Positions 51,744-60,947 of a DNA stretch of 64,000 nucleotides are shown piece after piece. Position 1 is the first letter of the stretch. Every line of letters starts with the position of its first letter. Origin of the DNA: Blastocatellia bacterium (GTDB lineage Bacteria; Acidobacteriota; Blastocatellia; UBA7656); assembly GCA_963765495.1 (NCBI GenBank), contig CAVXWP010000001.1, positions 448,001-512,000 of the forward strand. The letters run 5' to 3'. A program made the position numbers and the translations under genes. The notes beneath the pieces are model-generated. The model did no database searches and had not been told where the DNA came from. It saw nothing but the letters and a program-made list of their open reading frames with translations.

Positions 51744-54113
51744 ATGCCCTGCACATGTCGCAAGGCTTCAAGAATCGGCTCTCTGCTGCTTATCACTTTT
51801 CTGGCAGTCATTGCCGCTCAGGCCCAGGCGGTCGCCACTCGCACTCTTTCAGGCGCAGTCGTAACCGATAGAAACGAATCGGTCGCCGGAGCCGAAGTGG
51901 TTGCCCGATACAATTCGGGAGAGACGCGTGTGACGACCGATGCGGATGGTAATTTTCAGATAGCGGTTCCTGAGGGGCCGATTGAGCTTACGGTTGAGGG
52001 GAAGAACATCGAGCCGGTGAAGAGGACAATCGGGTCTGGTGAGATGATTGAAAATCTCAGGATTGCAATCAAATACGTGGTACCCGCGGTCCACGAAAGC
52101 GTGGTCATTCAGGGTGAGGGGCTCGACCCGACCATTGACCAGCGCAATGATGCGATCTATAAAAATACGCTTTTCGGACGCGATGATCAGCTTGTCCAGA
52201 CGCTCAACGCAGGAATCAACGCGGGCCAGCACGAAGGCGGCGGCAAGTCGCTTGAGATACGCCGCTTTGGTTACAACCTCGATCACGGCGGGGTGAACGG
52301 CGGGCTAAAGGTGCTTGTGGACGATGTGCAGCAGAATCAGGGAACGCAGGGGCACGGGCAGGGGTATCTCGGCCAGTTGAAAAGCCTGAGTCCCGAACTG
52401 GTCGAAGATGTAGAGATACGGAACGGGCCTTTCAGTGCGCAGTACGGCGATTTTTCCGGTCTCGGAGTCGTTCACATCCGTTTGAGGGAATCTTTCCCCG
52501 ATCAGATCACCGCGCGCTTGCAGGGAGGGTCATTCAACTCTCGTCGCGCATTTGCGGCCTACAGCCCCGTTTTGAAAAATGCCAGAGCGTTTATCGCCTA
52601 CGATTACTCCTATACGGACGGGCCGTTCCTCAATCCCGGTCGATACCGTAGAGACAACGTGACGGGAAACTATACGCAGCTGCTCGGCGAAGATCAGGCG
52701 CTCGGATTCAAATTGAATACCGGAGGCAATGATTTTTTCTCTTCGGGCCAGATACCGCTCGATCTTGTGACGGCGGGAGAGCTTGATCGCTTTGGTTTTA
52801 TTGATCCCTTCAACGGCGGGCGCGTAAAGACGGGCATCTTCAGCGCCTATTACAAGAAGGATATAAAGTCGGGCGGCGCTTTGAAGGTAGACGGTTTTCT
52901 TGGACGGTCTTTGTTCGATCTTTTTTCAAACTTTACTTTCTTCCTGAACGATCCCGTATACGGCGACGAGATCGACCAGCACGATTCTCGTCTTCAGCAA
53001 GGAGTCAACCTGCAATATCTTCGCCCGTACAAACTCTTCGGAGGGCAGGCGCTTCTGACGGCGGGCGGTAATGTGCTGGCCAATCAAATCCTTGTGGGGC
53101 TCTACCCGTCGGTCGGTCGCAACCCGAACAGGCTTGAGTTGAATCGGGCGCTCGGTATTGAAAACCAGAATGTTTTGCTGACCCGAGCGCGTGCCAGTGT
53201 GACCAACACAGGCGCATATGTGCAACAGGGAATAAATTTCATGGACGGCCATCTGCATCTGGAAGGAGGGCTGCGCTATGATTATTTCCATTTCGGCTTG
53301 AATGACGGAGTCAATGAAATGCCGACCGAAAGAATGATCTTTTCGGGGACCGACGGCGCGGGGCGTTTAGAGCCAAAGGCAGCCATAGCTTATACGGTGT
53401 CGCATCGAGCGCCTCTGACTTTCTACCTCAACTATGGTCGGGGCATTAACAGTCAGGATGCGCGCGGGGTGGTTCAGGATTCTTCCGGCCCGAGGATCGC
53501 TACGACCGATTTCTATCAGGCGAGCGTAGCCTACATCAGCAGAAGGGTCTCGTTCAGCACGGATTATTTTCTCATAGACCATTCCAACGAACAGGTTTAC
53601 ATACCCGATGACGGGAGCTTCGAATTTCAGGGGCCGAGCCGCTCGACCGGGTATGAAGTCAAGCTAGCCGCAGAATTTGTGCATAACCTGACTTTCAGCG
53701 GCGGGCTCACGCAGGTGACCCAGGCTTTTTTTCGAGGCACGTTCCCGAGGGTTTATGTTGATAGCTCGCCGCACACGGTTGCCAACGCGAGGCTGACTTA
53801 TTCCGGTCTTCGCGGATTTTATGGAACGCTGGCCTATCGCCACACGGGCAACTATCGGCTGGACGGAGAAGATGCCGGTATTCGAGCATCGGGGCTTGAT
53901 GTGCTCGACATCAGTCTGAAGCAGCGCATCCGGGCGTGGGTGGATTTTAACTTTTCGATTGATAATCTCACCGATAAACTATTCTTCGAGACGCAGAACT
54001 ACTTCGATTCGCGTGTGCGTCCCGATGCTCCTGTCATCGCCCGTATTCACGCCACTCCGGGATATTCGCGGGGTGTGACGGTGGGGCTGACATTTCACAT
54101 TTTTGGAAAATAG
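51744..54113 (+). CDS. TonB-dependent receptor, probable nickel uptake
   Basis: Signal peptide, carboxypeptidase-regulatory-like N-domain, plug with QHEGGGKS and GHGQGY, beta-barrel; between nikR and nikMN. Confidence 0.88.
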   Translation: MPCTCRKASRIGSLLLITFLAVIAAQAQAVATRTLSGAVVTDRNESVAGAEVVARYNSGETRVTTDADGNFQIAVPEGPIELTVEGKNIEPVKRTIGSGEMIENLRIAIKYVVPAVHESVVIQGEGLDPTIDQRNDAIYKNTLFGRDDQLVQTLNAGINAGQHEGGGKSLEIRRFGYNLDHGGVNGGLKVLVDDVQQNQGTQGHGQGYLGQLKSLSPELVEDVEIRNGPFSAQYGDFSGLGVVHIRLRESFPDQITARLQGGSFNSRRAFAAYSPVLKNARAFIAYDYSYTDGPFLNPGRYRRDNVTGNYTQLLGEDQALGFKLNTGGNDFFSSGQIPLDLVTAGELDRFGFIDPFNGGRVKTGIFSAYYKKDIKSGGALKVDGFLGRSLFDLFSNFTFFLNDPVYGDEIDQHDSRLQQGVNLQYLRPYKLFGGQALLTAGGNVLANQILVGLYPSVGRNPNRLELNRALGIENQNVLLTRARASVTNTGAYVQQGINFMDGHLHLEGGLRYDYFHFGLNDGVNEMPTERMIFSGTDGAGRLEPKAAIAYTVSHRAPLTFYLNYGRGINSQDARGVVQDSSGPRIATTDFYQASVAYISRRVSFSTDYFLIDHSNEQVYIPDDGSFEFQGPSRSTGYEVKLAAEFVHNLTFSGGLTQVTQAFFRGTFPRVYVDSSPHTVANARLTYSGLRGFYGTLAYRHTGNYRLDGEDAGIRASGLDVLDISLKQRIRAWVDFNFSIDNLTDKLFFETQNYFDSRVRPDAPVIARIHATPGYSRGVTVGLTFHIFGK

Positions 54114-54141
54114 ATGATAAAGCAGACGGCAGGAGACTGGT

Positions 54142-55269
54142 ATGCATATTCCTGACGGGCTTCTCAGCCCCTCGACTTGCGCGGTGCTTTATACAGCCGC
54201 CGCACCTTTCTGGTATGTTGCGCTCCGGCGAATCAAGCGGCTGTTGAACACGCGGATGGTCCCGCTGTTATCCGTCTTTGCGGCCTTTTCGTTTGTGATA
54301 ATGATGTTCAATCTGCCGCTGCCGGGCGGCACTACGGGCCACGCGGTCGGCGTAGGCATCGCAAGCATCGTGCTTGGTCCGTGGGGTTCGATGCTTGCCA
54401 TCTCGGTGGCGTTATTGATTCAGGCTGTCTTTTTCGGCGACGGCGGCATCACGGCTCTCGGGGCCAATTGTTTCAACATGGCCGTTGTCGGCTCGCTTGT
54501 GGCTTACGGCGTCTACCGCACCATAGCCGCCGGGTCTGCGATCCACTCTGCGAGGCGAGTCATAGCCGCCGCGCTTGCCGGTTATGCCTCAATCAATGTA
54601 GCCGCGCTTATTGCGGCCATCGAGTTTGGCATTCAACCGATGCTTTTTAGAAATGCTTCGGGCGCGCCGCTCTACGCGCCCTATCCTCTCAGCGTAGCCG
54701 TCCCGGCGATGATGATAGGCCATCTGACATTTGCGGGACTGGCCGAACTTATCATCACAGGCGGCGTTGTGGCCTACTTGCAGCAGAGCGATCCTTCGTT
54801 GTTGAAGATGACCGCCCCGTCCGCATTCGCCTCATTGCAGAAAGGGCAGGGAATCGAGCGAAAATCGGGCTGGCAAACCACGCGCCCGCTATGGGTAGGT
54901 CTGGCCCTGCTGATGATACTCACACCATTAGGATTGCTGGCAGCGGGCACGGCATGGGGCGAGTGGGGAGCCGGAGATTTCACCGATCCGGTCGCACGCC
55001 AACAGATAGCGGCGGCTTCCGGCAATCAAGCGCCGCCCGCTCAGCCGCCCGAAGGAATGCTTCGCCTCTCTTCTATCTGGACCGCTCCGATGTCGGATTA
55101 TGCGCCTCCATTTATGCGGAGCGCGGCGTTCGGTTATATCATGTCGGCCCTGGTCGGAACGGGGCTTATAGTTCTGCTTTTCCTGCTGATCGGCTTGGTC
55201 ACGCGCAAGGCTGTCAGACGCCCCGAAGCAGAGGATGAGAGATCAAACGATGATTCGGGAACCAGTTGA
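54142..55269 (+). CDS. cbiM: ECF nickel/cobalt transporter substrate component (fused NikMN / CbiM family)
   Basis: N-terminal MHIPDG, GGTTGH, FGDGG; C-terminal PDGLE-type extension (PLGLLA..TAWGEW). Confidence 0.92.
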   Translation: MHIPDGLLSPSTCAVLYTAAAPFWYVALRRIKRLLNTRMVPLLSVFAAFSFVIMMFNLPLPGGTTGHAVGVGIASIVLGPWGSMLAISVALLIQAVFFGDGGITALGANCFNMAVVGSLVAYGVYRTIAAGSAIHSARRVIAAALAGYASINVAALIAAIEFGIQPMLFRNASGAPLYAPYPLSVAVPAMMIGHLTFAGLAELIITGGVVAYLQQSDPSLLKMTAPSAFASLQKGQGIERKSGWQTTRPLWVGLALLMILTPLGLLAAGTAWGEWGAGDFTDPVARQQIAAASGNQAPPAQPPEGMLRLSSIWTAPMSDYAPPFMRSAAFGYIMSALVGTGLIVLLFLLIGLVTRKAVRRPEAEDERSNDDSGTS

Positions 55270-56137
55270 AGAGACGGCAACATCAAACCGGGCAGCTTCT
55301 GTAAAGCCTTTGCGGCGCAAACGGCGCAGGAGTTTTATAGAGCGCACGATTACGCATCTGTTCAATGCCGTTGAGCATTCGCTCTACGCCGAAGAGATTG
55401 CGCGAGCCGACGGATTGCTACAGCGGCTCGATCCTCGCGTGAAGGTAATCGGGTTGACCGCTCTCATCATAGCCGCCGCCACGGCTCACAAAATATCAAT
55501 CATCCTTCTGCTGTTTGCCGTTGGGACGGCGCTCGCTCTTTTTTCGCGAGTCTCCTTCCGCACGCTTGCGACACGTGTGTGGGCGAGCGCCCTGCTCTTT
55601 ACGGGATTGATCGCGCTGCCCGCGATTTTTATCACTCCCGGTCGCGTCGTCTATCGCCTGCCGTTTGTCGAATTGCCGGTCACGGCTCAGGGCCTTACGA
55701 GCGCCGCCTATCTGATCTCAAGGGTAGAGACGGCGGCCACTTTTTCGATCCTGCTGATCCTGTGCACACCGTGGAGCCATGTGCTCAAGGCGCTCAGAGT
55801 CTTGCGCGTGCCCGTGCTGCTCGTCGTGATTTTAGGCATGACGTATCGGTACATTTTTTTGATGCTCCAGATTGCGCGCGATATGTTTGAATCGCGGCAG
55901 AGCCGTCTGGTAGGCAATTTGCCCCCCTCTCAACAAAGACGCATTGCCGCCGCAAGCGTGGGCGTATTGTTAAGCAAGAGCCTTCTACTGAGCGGCGAGG
56001 TTCACATGGCGATGCTTGCTCGCGGCTTTCGCGGCGAGGTTTATACGCTCGACGATTTCAAAATGCGCGCGCGTGATTTTGTGGCGCTCGCCTTATTCTC
56101 TGCGGTTGCAGTTGCGGCCTTCTGGTTTGGGCGATAA
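55235..56137 (+). CDS. cbiQ: ECF transporter T component (NikQ/CbiQ)
   Basis: LDPRVK, MTYRYIF, AMLARGF; start could be 55250. Confidence 0.92.
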   Translation: MRDQTMIREPVEETATSNRAASVKPLRRKRRRSFIERTITHLFNAVEHSLYAEEIARADGLLQRLDPRVKVIGLTALIIAAATAHKISIILLLFAVGTALALFSRVSFRTLATRVWASALLFTGLIALPAIFITPGRVVYRLPFVELPVTAQGLTSAAYLISRVETAATFSILLILCTPWSHVLKALRVLRVPVLLVVILGMTYRYIFLMLQIARDMFESRQSRLVGNLPPSQQRRIAAASVGVLLSKSLLLSGEVHMAMLARGFRGEVYTLDDFKMRARDFVALALFSAVAVAAFWFGR

Positions 56138-56157
56138 AGGATAAAGGGTAAAGTTCA

Positions 56158-56976
56158 ATGGAGCTTATGCGAGTTGATACGATTTTCGATATTCAGGATG
56201 TGACTTACAATTACAACGATGTGACGGCGCTCGACCGGATAAGTCTCAGGATCGAATCCGGCAAGCGGATAGTCCTGCTGGGCGCAAACGGATCAGGCAA
56301 ATCGACGCTGCTCAGAATACTCGACGGATTGTATTTCCCAAGCGGCGGTCGCGTTTCGGCCTTTGGCGAGCCGTTGACCGAAGAAAGCTTCGAGGATGAG
56401 GGCTTCGCATTAGGCTTCAGGCGGCGCGTAGGGCTTGTCTTTCAGAACCCTGATGTTCAACTCTTTAATCCAACCGTATTTGACGAAATCGCCTTTGGGC
56501 CGCTTCAACTCGGCTGGTCAAAACAGCAGGTCAGAGAGCGGGTTGCCGGGGCGCTTGAAGAGATGGATATTACTCATCTGAAAGACCGTCCGCCGCATCG
56601 GCTTTCAGGCGGCGAGAAGAAACGCGTGGCGCTCGCCTCGGTGATAGTGCTCGACCCCGATGTATTGTTGCTGGATGAGCCTACGGCGGCGCTTGATCCA
56701 AAGAGTCAGGGGCAGGTCATAGATTTACTTGTAGGCTGGCGCAGCGGACGAAAGACCGTTGTGACGGCGACTCACGATCTGGATACTGTTGAAGACATCG
56801 CGGATCATTGTTTCATATTCCAAAACGGGCGCGTCGTAGCCGAAGGTCCGCCCGACGCTATCCTTCACGACGAAGCATTGCTCAAACGCACCAACCTGCT
56901 CCATGCCCATCGCCACGTGCACCCATCCGGCAAGATTCATTCTCACCCGCACCTGCACCACAACCACGAACATTAA
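56158..56976 (+). CDS. cbiO: ECF transporter ATPase (NikO/CbiO) with His-rich tail
   Basis: GANGSGKST, FQNPDVQLF, LSGGEKKRVA, DEPT. Confidence 0.9.
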   Translation: MELMRVDTIFDIQDVTYNYNDVTALDRISLRIESGKRIVLLGANGSGKSTLLRILDGLYFPSGGRVSAFGEPLTEESFEDEGFALGFRRRVGLVFQNPDVQLFNPTVFDEIAFGPLQLGWSKQQVRERVAGALEEMDITHLKDRPPHRLSGGEKKRVALASVIVLDPDVLLLDEPTAALDPKSQGQVIDLLVGWRSGRKTVVTATHDLDTVEDIADHCFIFQNGRVVAEGPPDAILHDEALLKRTNLLHAHRHVHPSGKIHSHPHLHHNHEH

Positions 56977-57005
56977 TAACTAAAATTTTGGGCGAAAGCT
57001 GAACA

Positions 57006-57091
57006 AAATAGACCACGGATCAACTCGGATTAGCTCAAATAGAATCAGATCCGCGTAAATCCGTCCGATCCGTGTCATCCGTGGCCTATTT
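57006..57091. repeat. Family A palindromic element, copy 5 (shorter left arm)
   Basis: AAATAGACCACGGAT...ATCCGTGGCCTATTT. Confidence 0.82.
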
Positions 57092-57132
57092 CTATTTCCT
57101 CACGCTACATCTTAAGGAAACCCAGAACGCGG

Positions 57133-57681
57133 TCAGGCCTTCTGGAAATCGGTTGTCAGGGCGTAGGTGCCCCAGTGCAGGGTGAACCTTCCGCCGTTGC
57201 CCTGCTTTGTCAGATTGATCGTCATCAACTCGACCGAGTCGTCAGTCTTCTCCATCGCCAGAGGCGCTTCGGCCACGTGCGATTTGTCTTCGTCGCTGAT
57301 TATCAACTGCCAGTTGTCTTTATCGACGCGCTTCGCCGTCAGCACGTACTTTCCTTTTGGAACGGTCTTATCGCCGAATTTCAAATCTACATCAGTCGTG
57401 AGGGTTGTAGCCGAATTGGCTCCCATTCGCCATTCATCACCCGGGCTCAATAACCCCATAATGTCTCGCCCCTTCAAGGCAGGGCGTCCGTAATCAACAG
57501 ATACTTTTCCTCCATCCAGATCCAGAACAGCCTCGCCGCGATCCGGGTTTGCCGTCGCGCTGCTTTCGGACCGGCCCGCGGTGTTGCCCGTCGCGTTGCT
57601 GTTGGCCGCAGTGCCTCGGGCGGCGCAAGCCATCGTCGCGAATAAAATCGCAAAGGCTGTGATCAAATACATCTTTCTCAT
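57133..57681 (-). CDS. DUF2911-family exported protein / lipoprotein
   Basis: VDYGRP..KGR.I....WRMGAN.AT....GKY pattern; AAGGAG RBS. Confidence 0.82.
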   Translation of the reverse strand: MRKMYLITAFAILFATMACAARGTAANSNATGNTAGRSESSATANPDRGEAVLDLDGGKVSVDYGRPALKGRDIMGLLSPGDEWRMGANSATTLTTDVDLKFGDKTVPKGKYVLTAKRVDKDNWQLIISDEDKSHVAEAPLAMEKTDDSVELMTINLTKQGNGGRFTLHWGTYALTTDFQKA

Positions 57682-57815
57682 CAATTAATCTCCTTCGAAT
57701 TAGATAAAGCCCTTCATCAAGGAAGTAGCCGATTGGTAAATCCCTCTGACCACCGAAATGTTTTCGGCGCGAATATTATTCTAAACGTCGGGAAGCGTTT
57801 TCAGAAGCTCTCGCT

Positions 57816-60122
57816 TCAAAAATGGAATCGCACCGAACCGGACAGGAAACGCGGCGGCGAAAACTGCACCGGAGTAAATTCGCTCTCTTTCGCTATTCGA
57901 TAAACCCTGTCGGAGGCGTTCTCCACATTGAATTGCAGGCTCACTTTGTTGCGTTCCTTGCGGAAAAGGTCGATCCCGAAATAGAAGTTTGACACGAAAT
58001 GATCGGGCAATCGCACAAGCGACGGCTCGCCTAAAGAGTTCGGCAACTCGGCCGGGGTGCCGCTCCCGTATTCGAAGGCGGCGCTGGCCCAGAATCCGCT
58101 TCTGTGCTCGCGCCAGGTCAGCCCCGCTACCGCCGTGTGAATCTGATCGAAGGCCGCCGGGTTGCGCTCGCCCGGCTCTACGTTTTCAACCGTGAATCCG
58201 CCCGCGACCGGGCCTGTCTGGAAGGCGCGTTGTGCCGTGTAGCTGAAATAGCCCGAGAGCCCGAGAGGCTTGATTTCAGCAAGTTGAGAGGAGAGTTCTA
58301 TGCCGTAGGCTTTACCGCGCGCAAAAGAAGTGGGCGCAAAGATGCGAACGTTTGCAAGTTCTGAGGTCTCGAAGGTGTTTTTGTCCGAGCGCCAGTAGGC
58401 GGTCATTCGAATCACCAGTTTATCGCGCACGGATCGGTTCACCCCTGCTTCAAAGTGATTGCTGCGAGCTATCCTCGGCGGCTGTCCTTCAAATCCGAGC
58501 GCCGCCGAAAGCAACAGGTCTTCAATCGGCGGCGGCGAAAAAAAGCGGTTATAGGCGAAGTGCAAAACGGTTCGCCCGCCGTCAAGCGCATAGGCGAGAT
58601 TGATTCGAGGGCTTAAGGCGTGGCCGCTCGTCACAAGGCTGTATTGATCGTAACGCACTCCTAAATTGGCAGTGAGGTTTTTCAAAAGCGTTATCTTGTC
58701 TTGAAAATAAAGGCTGGCCTGGCCTCCGGTCTTGCGCCCGCGAAAATTAAAAGGCTCGATCTCTTCTTCCCCTGCGTCGCGCGGGTCGAGGAAAAAATCT
58801 TCTCTCAATCTGAGTTGCACAAGGTCCAGCCCCATCTTTATCGAGTGACGCGAGCCTCGATAAATCGAATAATCGCTTTTAGCACCAACCGTCACATCCT
58901 GGCGCAGCCCGCCTGCCTGAATCGAGAAGGGGTCGGTTGTAGGAAGCAGCCGCGCGCTCGCAAACCGTTCGTAGAGCGATGATGTGAGGACCGAAGAGGT
59001 CGAAAAAATATGGGTCCAGGAAAGCGCGGCGGTCTGCTCGCGATTGCGCGCAAAGAAATCTCGCCCGCGCAATTCATCCTCGGTAGTATTGGGCAGTTCG
59101 AGATTCGTCCCGTCTCCGCTCAGCAATAACTTGAAGTTGTCGGCGGCGCGCGGCCTGTAATCGAATTGCGTGAACAAGTGCGATCCTTTGCCCCTGTCGT
59201 GAAAACGGCGCTCTTCGGGCGTGTTCAGGAAACGGTCGCTTTGAATCCCCTGGGCGTACAGAAAATAGCCGAATCTCTCAGTATGTCCGCCGTAATCCAC
59301 CTCGGCCGTGTCTCGTAGATAGTTGCCTGCGCTCAGGCTCAGGCTGCCGTGATCATTTGCATCGAATCCGTTGCGAGTCACTATGTCGAGTATGCCGCCG
59401 AATCGGTTTCCGAACTCAGCCGGGAAACCTCCTGTGATGACATTGACCGATTGTATTATGCCGGGCGCAAGCCCCGGCGTGAATAACTGGTGCGGGTTGT
59501 CAAAAAAGGAGACGCCGTTGATAAAAGTATTTAGCGAAAGCTCATTGCCGCGCAGATGAACAAGGTTGTCGTGACCCGCAACGGCGCTCGAAACAAACGG
59601 TGTAATGATGTCTGTCAATTGGGCGCGCCTCGCCTCGGGCAGAATATCTATCTGCTCGCGGTCGAGAGCGGTCGCGGTCGCGGCTTCCGTCTCGTCAATC
59701 AGCCTGTCTCGGGCCTGGACAGCCACCTGTTCCTGAATTGATGCGGCGGGCGTTAATTGAAAATCTATCTCCTGTAAAGCGCGCGGCCCAAGCGTTATCG
59801 TGGTCTTCTCGGTATAGAATGTATCGGCCGATGCGCTCACGCTATAACGCCCGGGGCTGAGGTTCGCAAACGAAAATCGCCCCTCATTATCGGTCGTCAA
59901 TGTCAGATCAAGGTCCAACAAATCGCTTTCAAGTTTCACAGATGCCGATGCGAGTATATGCCCGGTGTTTTTGGCAGTAACTGTTCCGCTTATTCTCTGC
60001 TGTGCCAGGACCGGCGAACCGAGCAAGAGCAGCCATAACGCAATAGTTCCGATTCTTTTGCCCGCGCTGCCGCGCGAATGCCGGTTGAGGGGAATGCTCA
60101 TATCAAATAAATAGTTCTTCAT
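57816..60122 (-). CDS. TonB-dependent receptor (probable metal uptake)
   Basis: GGAGG RBS before ATG 60122; signal peptide; plug (TGGFPAEFGNRFGGILDI); terminal Phe. Confidence 0.9.
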   Translation of the reverse strand: MKNYLFDMSIPLNRHSRGSAGKRIGTIALWLLLLGSPVLAQQRISGTVTAKNTGHILASASVKLESDLLDLDLTLTTDNEGRFSFANLSPGRYSVSASADTFYTEKTTITLGPRALQEIDFQLTPAASIQEQVAVQARDRLIDETEAATATALDREQIDILPEARRAQLTDIITPFVSSAVAGHDNLVHLRGNELSLNTFINGVSFFDNPHQLFTPGLAPGIIQSVNVITGGFPAEFGNRFGGILDIVTRNGFDANDHGSLSLSAGNYLRDTAEVDYGGHTERFGYFLYAQGIQSDRFLNTPEERRFHDRGKGSHLFTQFDYRPRAADNFKLLLSGDGTNLELPNTTEDELRGRDFFARNREQTAALSWTHIFSTSSVLTSSLYERFASARLLPTTDPFSIQAGGLRQDVTVGAKSDYSIYRGSRHSIKMGLDLVQLRLREDFFLDPRDAGEEEIEPFNFRGRKTGGQASLYFQDKITLLKNLTANLGVRYDQYSLVTSGHALSPRINLAYALDGGRTVLHFAYNRFFSPPPIEDLLLSAALGFEGQPPRIARSNHFEAGVNRSVRDKLVIRMTAYWRSDKNTFETSELANVRIFAPTSFARGKAYGIELSSQLAEIKPLGLSGYFSYTAQRAFQTGPVAGGFTVENVEPGERNPAAFDQIHTAVAGLTWREHRSGFWASAAFEYGSGTPAELPNSLGEPSLVRLPDHFVSNFYFGIDLFRKERNKVSLQFNVENASDRVYRIAKESEFTPVQFSPPRFLSGSVRFHF

Positions 60123-60270
60123 TGCCTGCACCTCCATATGCACAACTCGATCAAAAACAGAGCCGTGCAAAACTCCTACAGGTTTTATAAAAAAAGGCAG
60201 CGACGAGATGATTGCCGACCACACTTGTCGGGCAAGCGACGAGAGGCGGCAACCGGGTTGCCTGCGAGGA

Positions 60271-60708
60271 TCAAGCTATTAAATTGGCAGGAAACCGAGG
60301 AGGAGCGCGCGGAGAAGAAGGGCGCGACCATACAGAATCAGACGTGATGATAAAACGATCCGTTCTGTCGGCAGCGGAGCAGGATATGTCCAGGGCATAA
60401 CTCGCTGTGTGATCGCCATCGCGCAAATTCAAGAAGGTTGCCGCCTGTGGTGTGACACATCCTTCGGGGCAACTCGGCAGCAGACTTGTGGCGGCTATCT
60501 TATCGCGACCGTCCTCCGACTGGCCTTTTACAAAAGGCAGGTGCGGCGTGCAGCAGCAATGGCCTTCTGTGACGCAACAGGCCATCGAGCAGACATTCGG
60601 CGAAGGCAGTATCAGATCAACCGAAGCAGCGATCCATCCGAGCGCAATCGCAAGTAAGACGCACGCTGCGCGAAGCTTCAGGAATCGCTTTTGCCAGGTT
60701 GCTTTCAC
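60271..60708 (-). CDS. Cys-rich upstream leader protein with C-terminal RAPP motif (DUF2946/CruR-like)
   Basis: N-terminal hydrophobic segment, CSMACC...HCCC, CPEGC, ends SSPRAPPRFPANLIA; directly upstream of a TonB receptor. Confidence 0.75.
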   Translation of the reverse strand: MKATWQKRFLKLRAACVLLAIALGWIAASVDLILPSPNVCSMACCVTEGHCCCTPHLPFVKGQSEDGRDKIAATSLLPSCPEGCVTPQAATFLNLRDGDHTASYALDISCSAADRTDRFIITSDSVWSRPSSPRAPPRFPANLIA

Positions 60709-60849
60709 GGTGTTATTGCTCTTTCAATTTCGGATTACCCGAGTCTATTTCAATCCCGGCTTAAAATCAAATGATTATAAACATTACAAAGCGCCGGGCT
60801 CTCAGGGACAGGTCAATTCAATCTGCCAAAATGTTTAAAGGAAAATGGG

Positions 60850-60877
60850 AATAGGCCGCGTCCGTCCCGGCCTATTT
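60850..60877. repeat. Collapsed family A element (ends only)
   Basis: AATAGGCCGCGTCCGTCCCGGCCTATTT = left end fused to right end. Confidence 0.75.
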
Positions 60878-60947
60878 CAACTCGCCTTTCGCACAAATTA
60901 CCCTTTAATACTGATGCCGCCTGCTGCCCGTAAAATAAAAACTAGAT

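Noticed and set aside
51690-54141. Cobalamin or NiCo riboswitch before the TonB receptor or cbiM
   Set aside because: The intergenic gaps are under 60 nt and lack the conserved motifs; NikR control is sufficient
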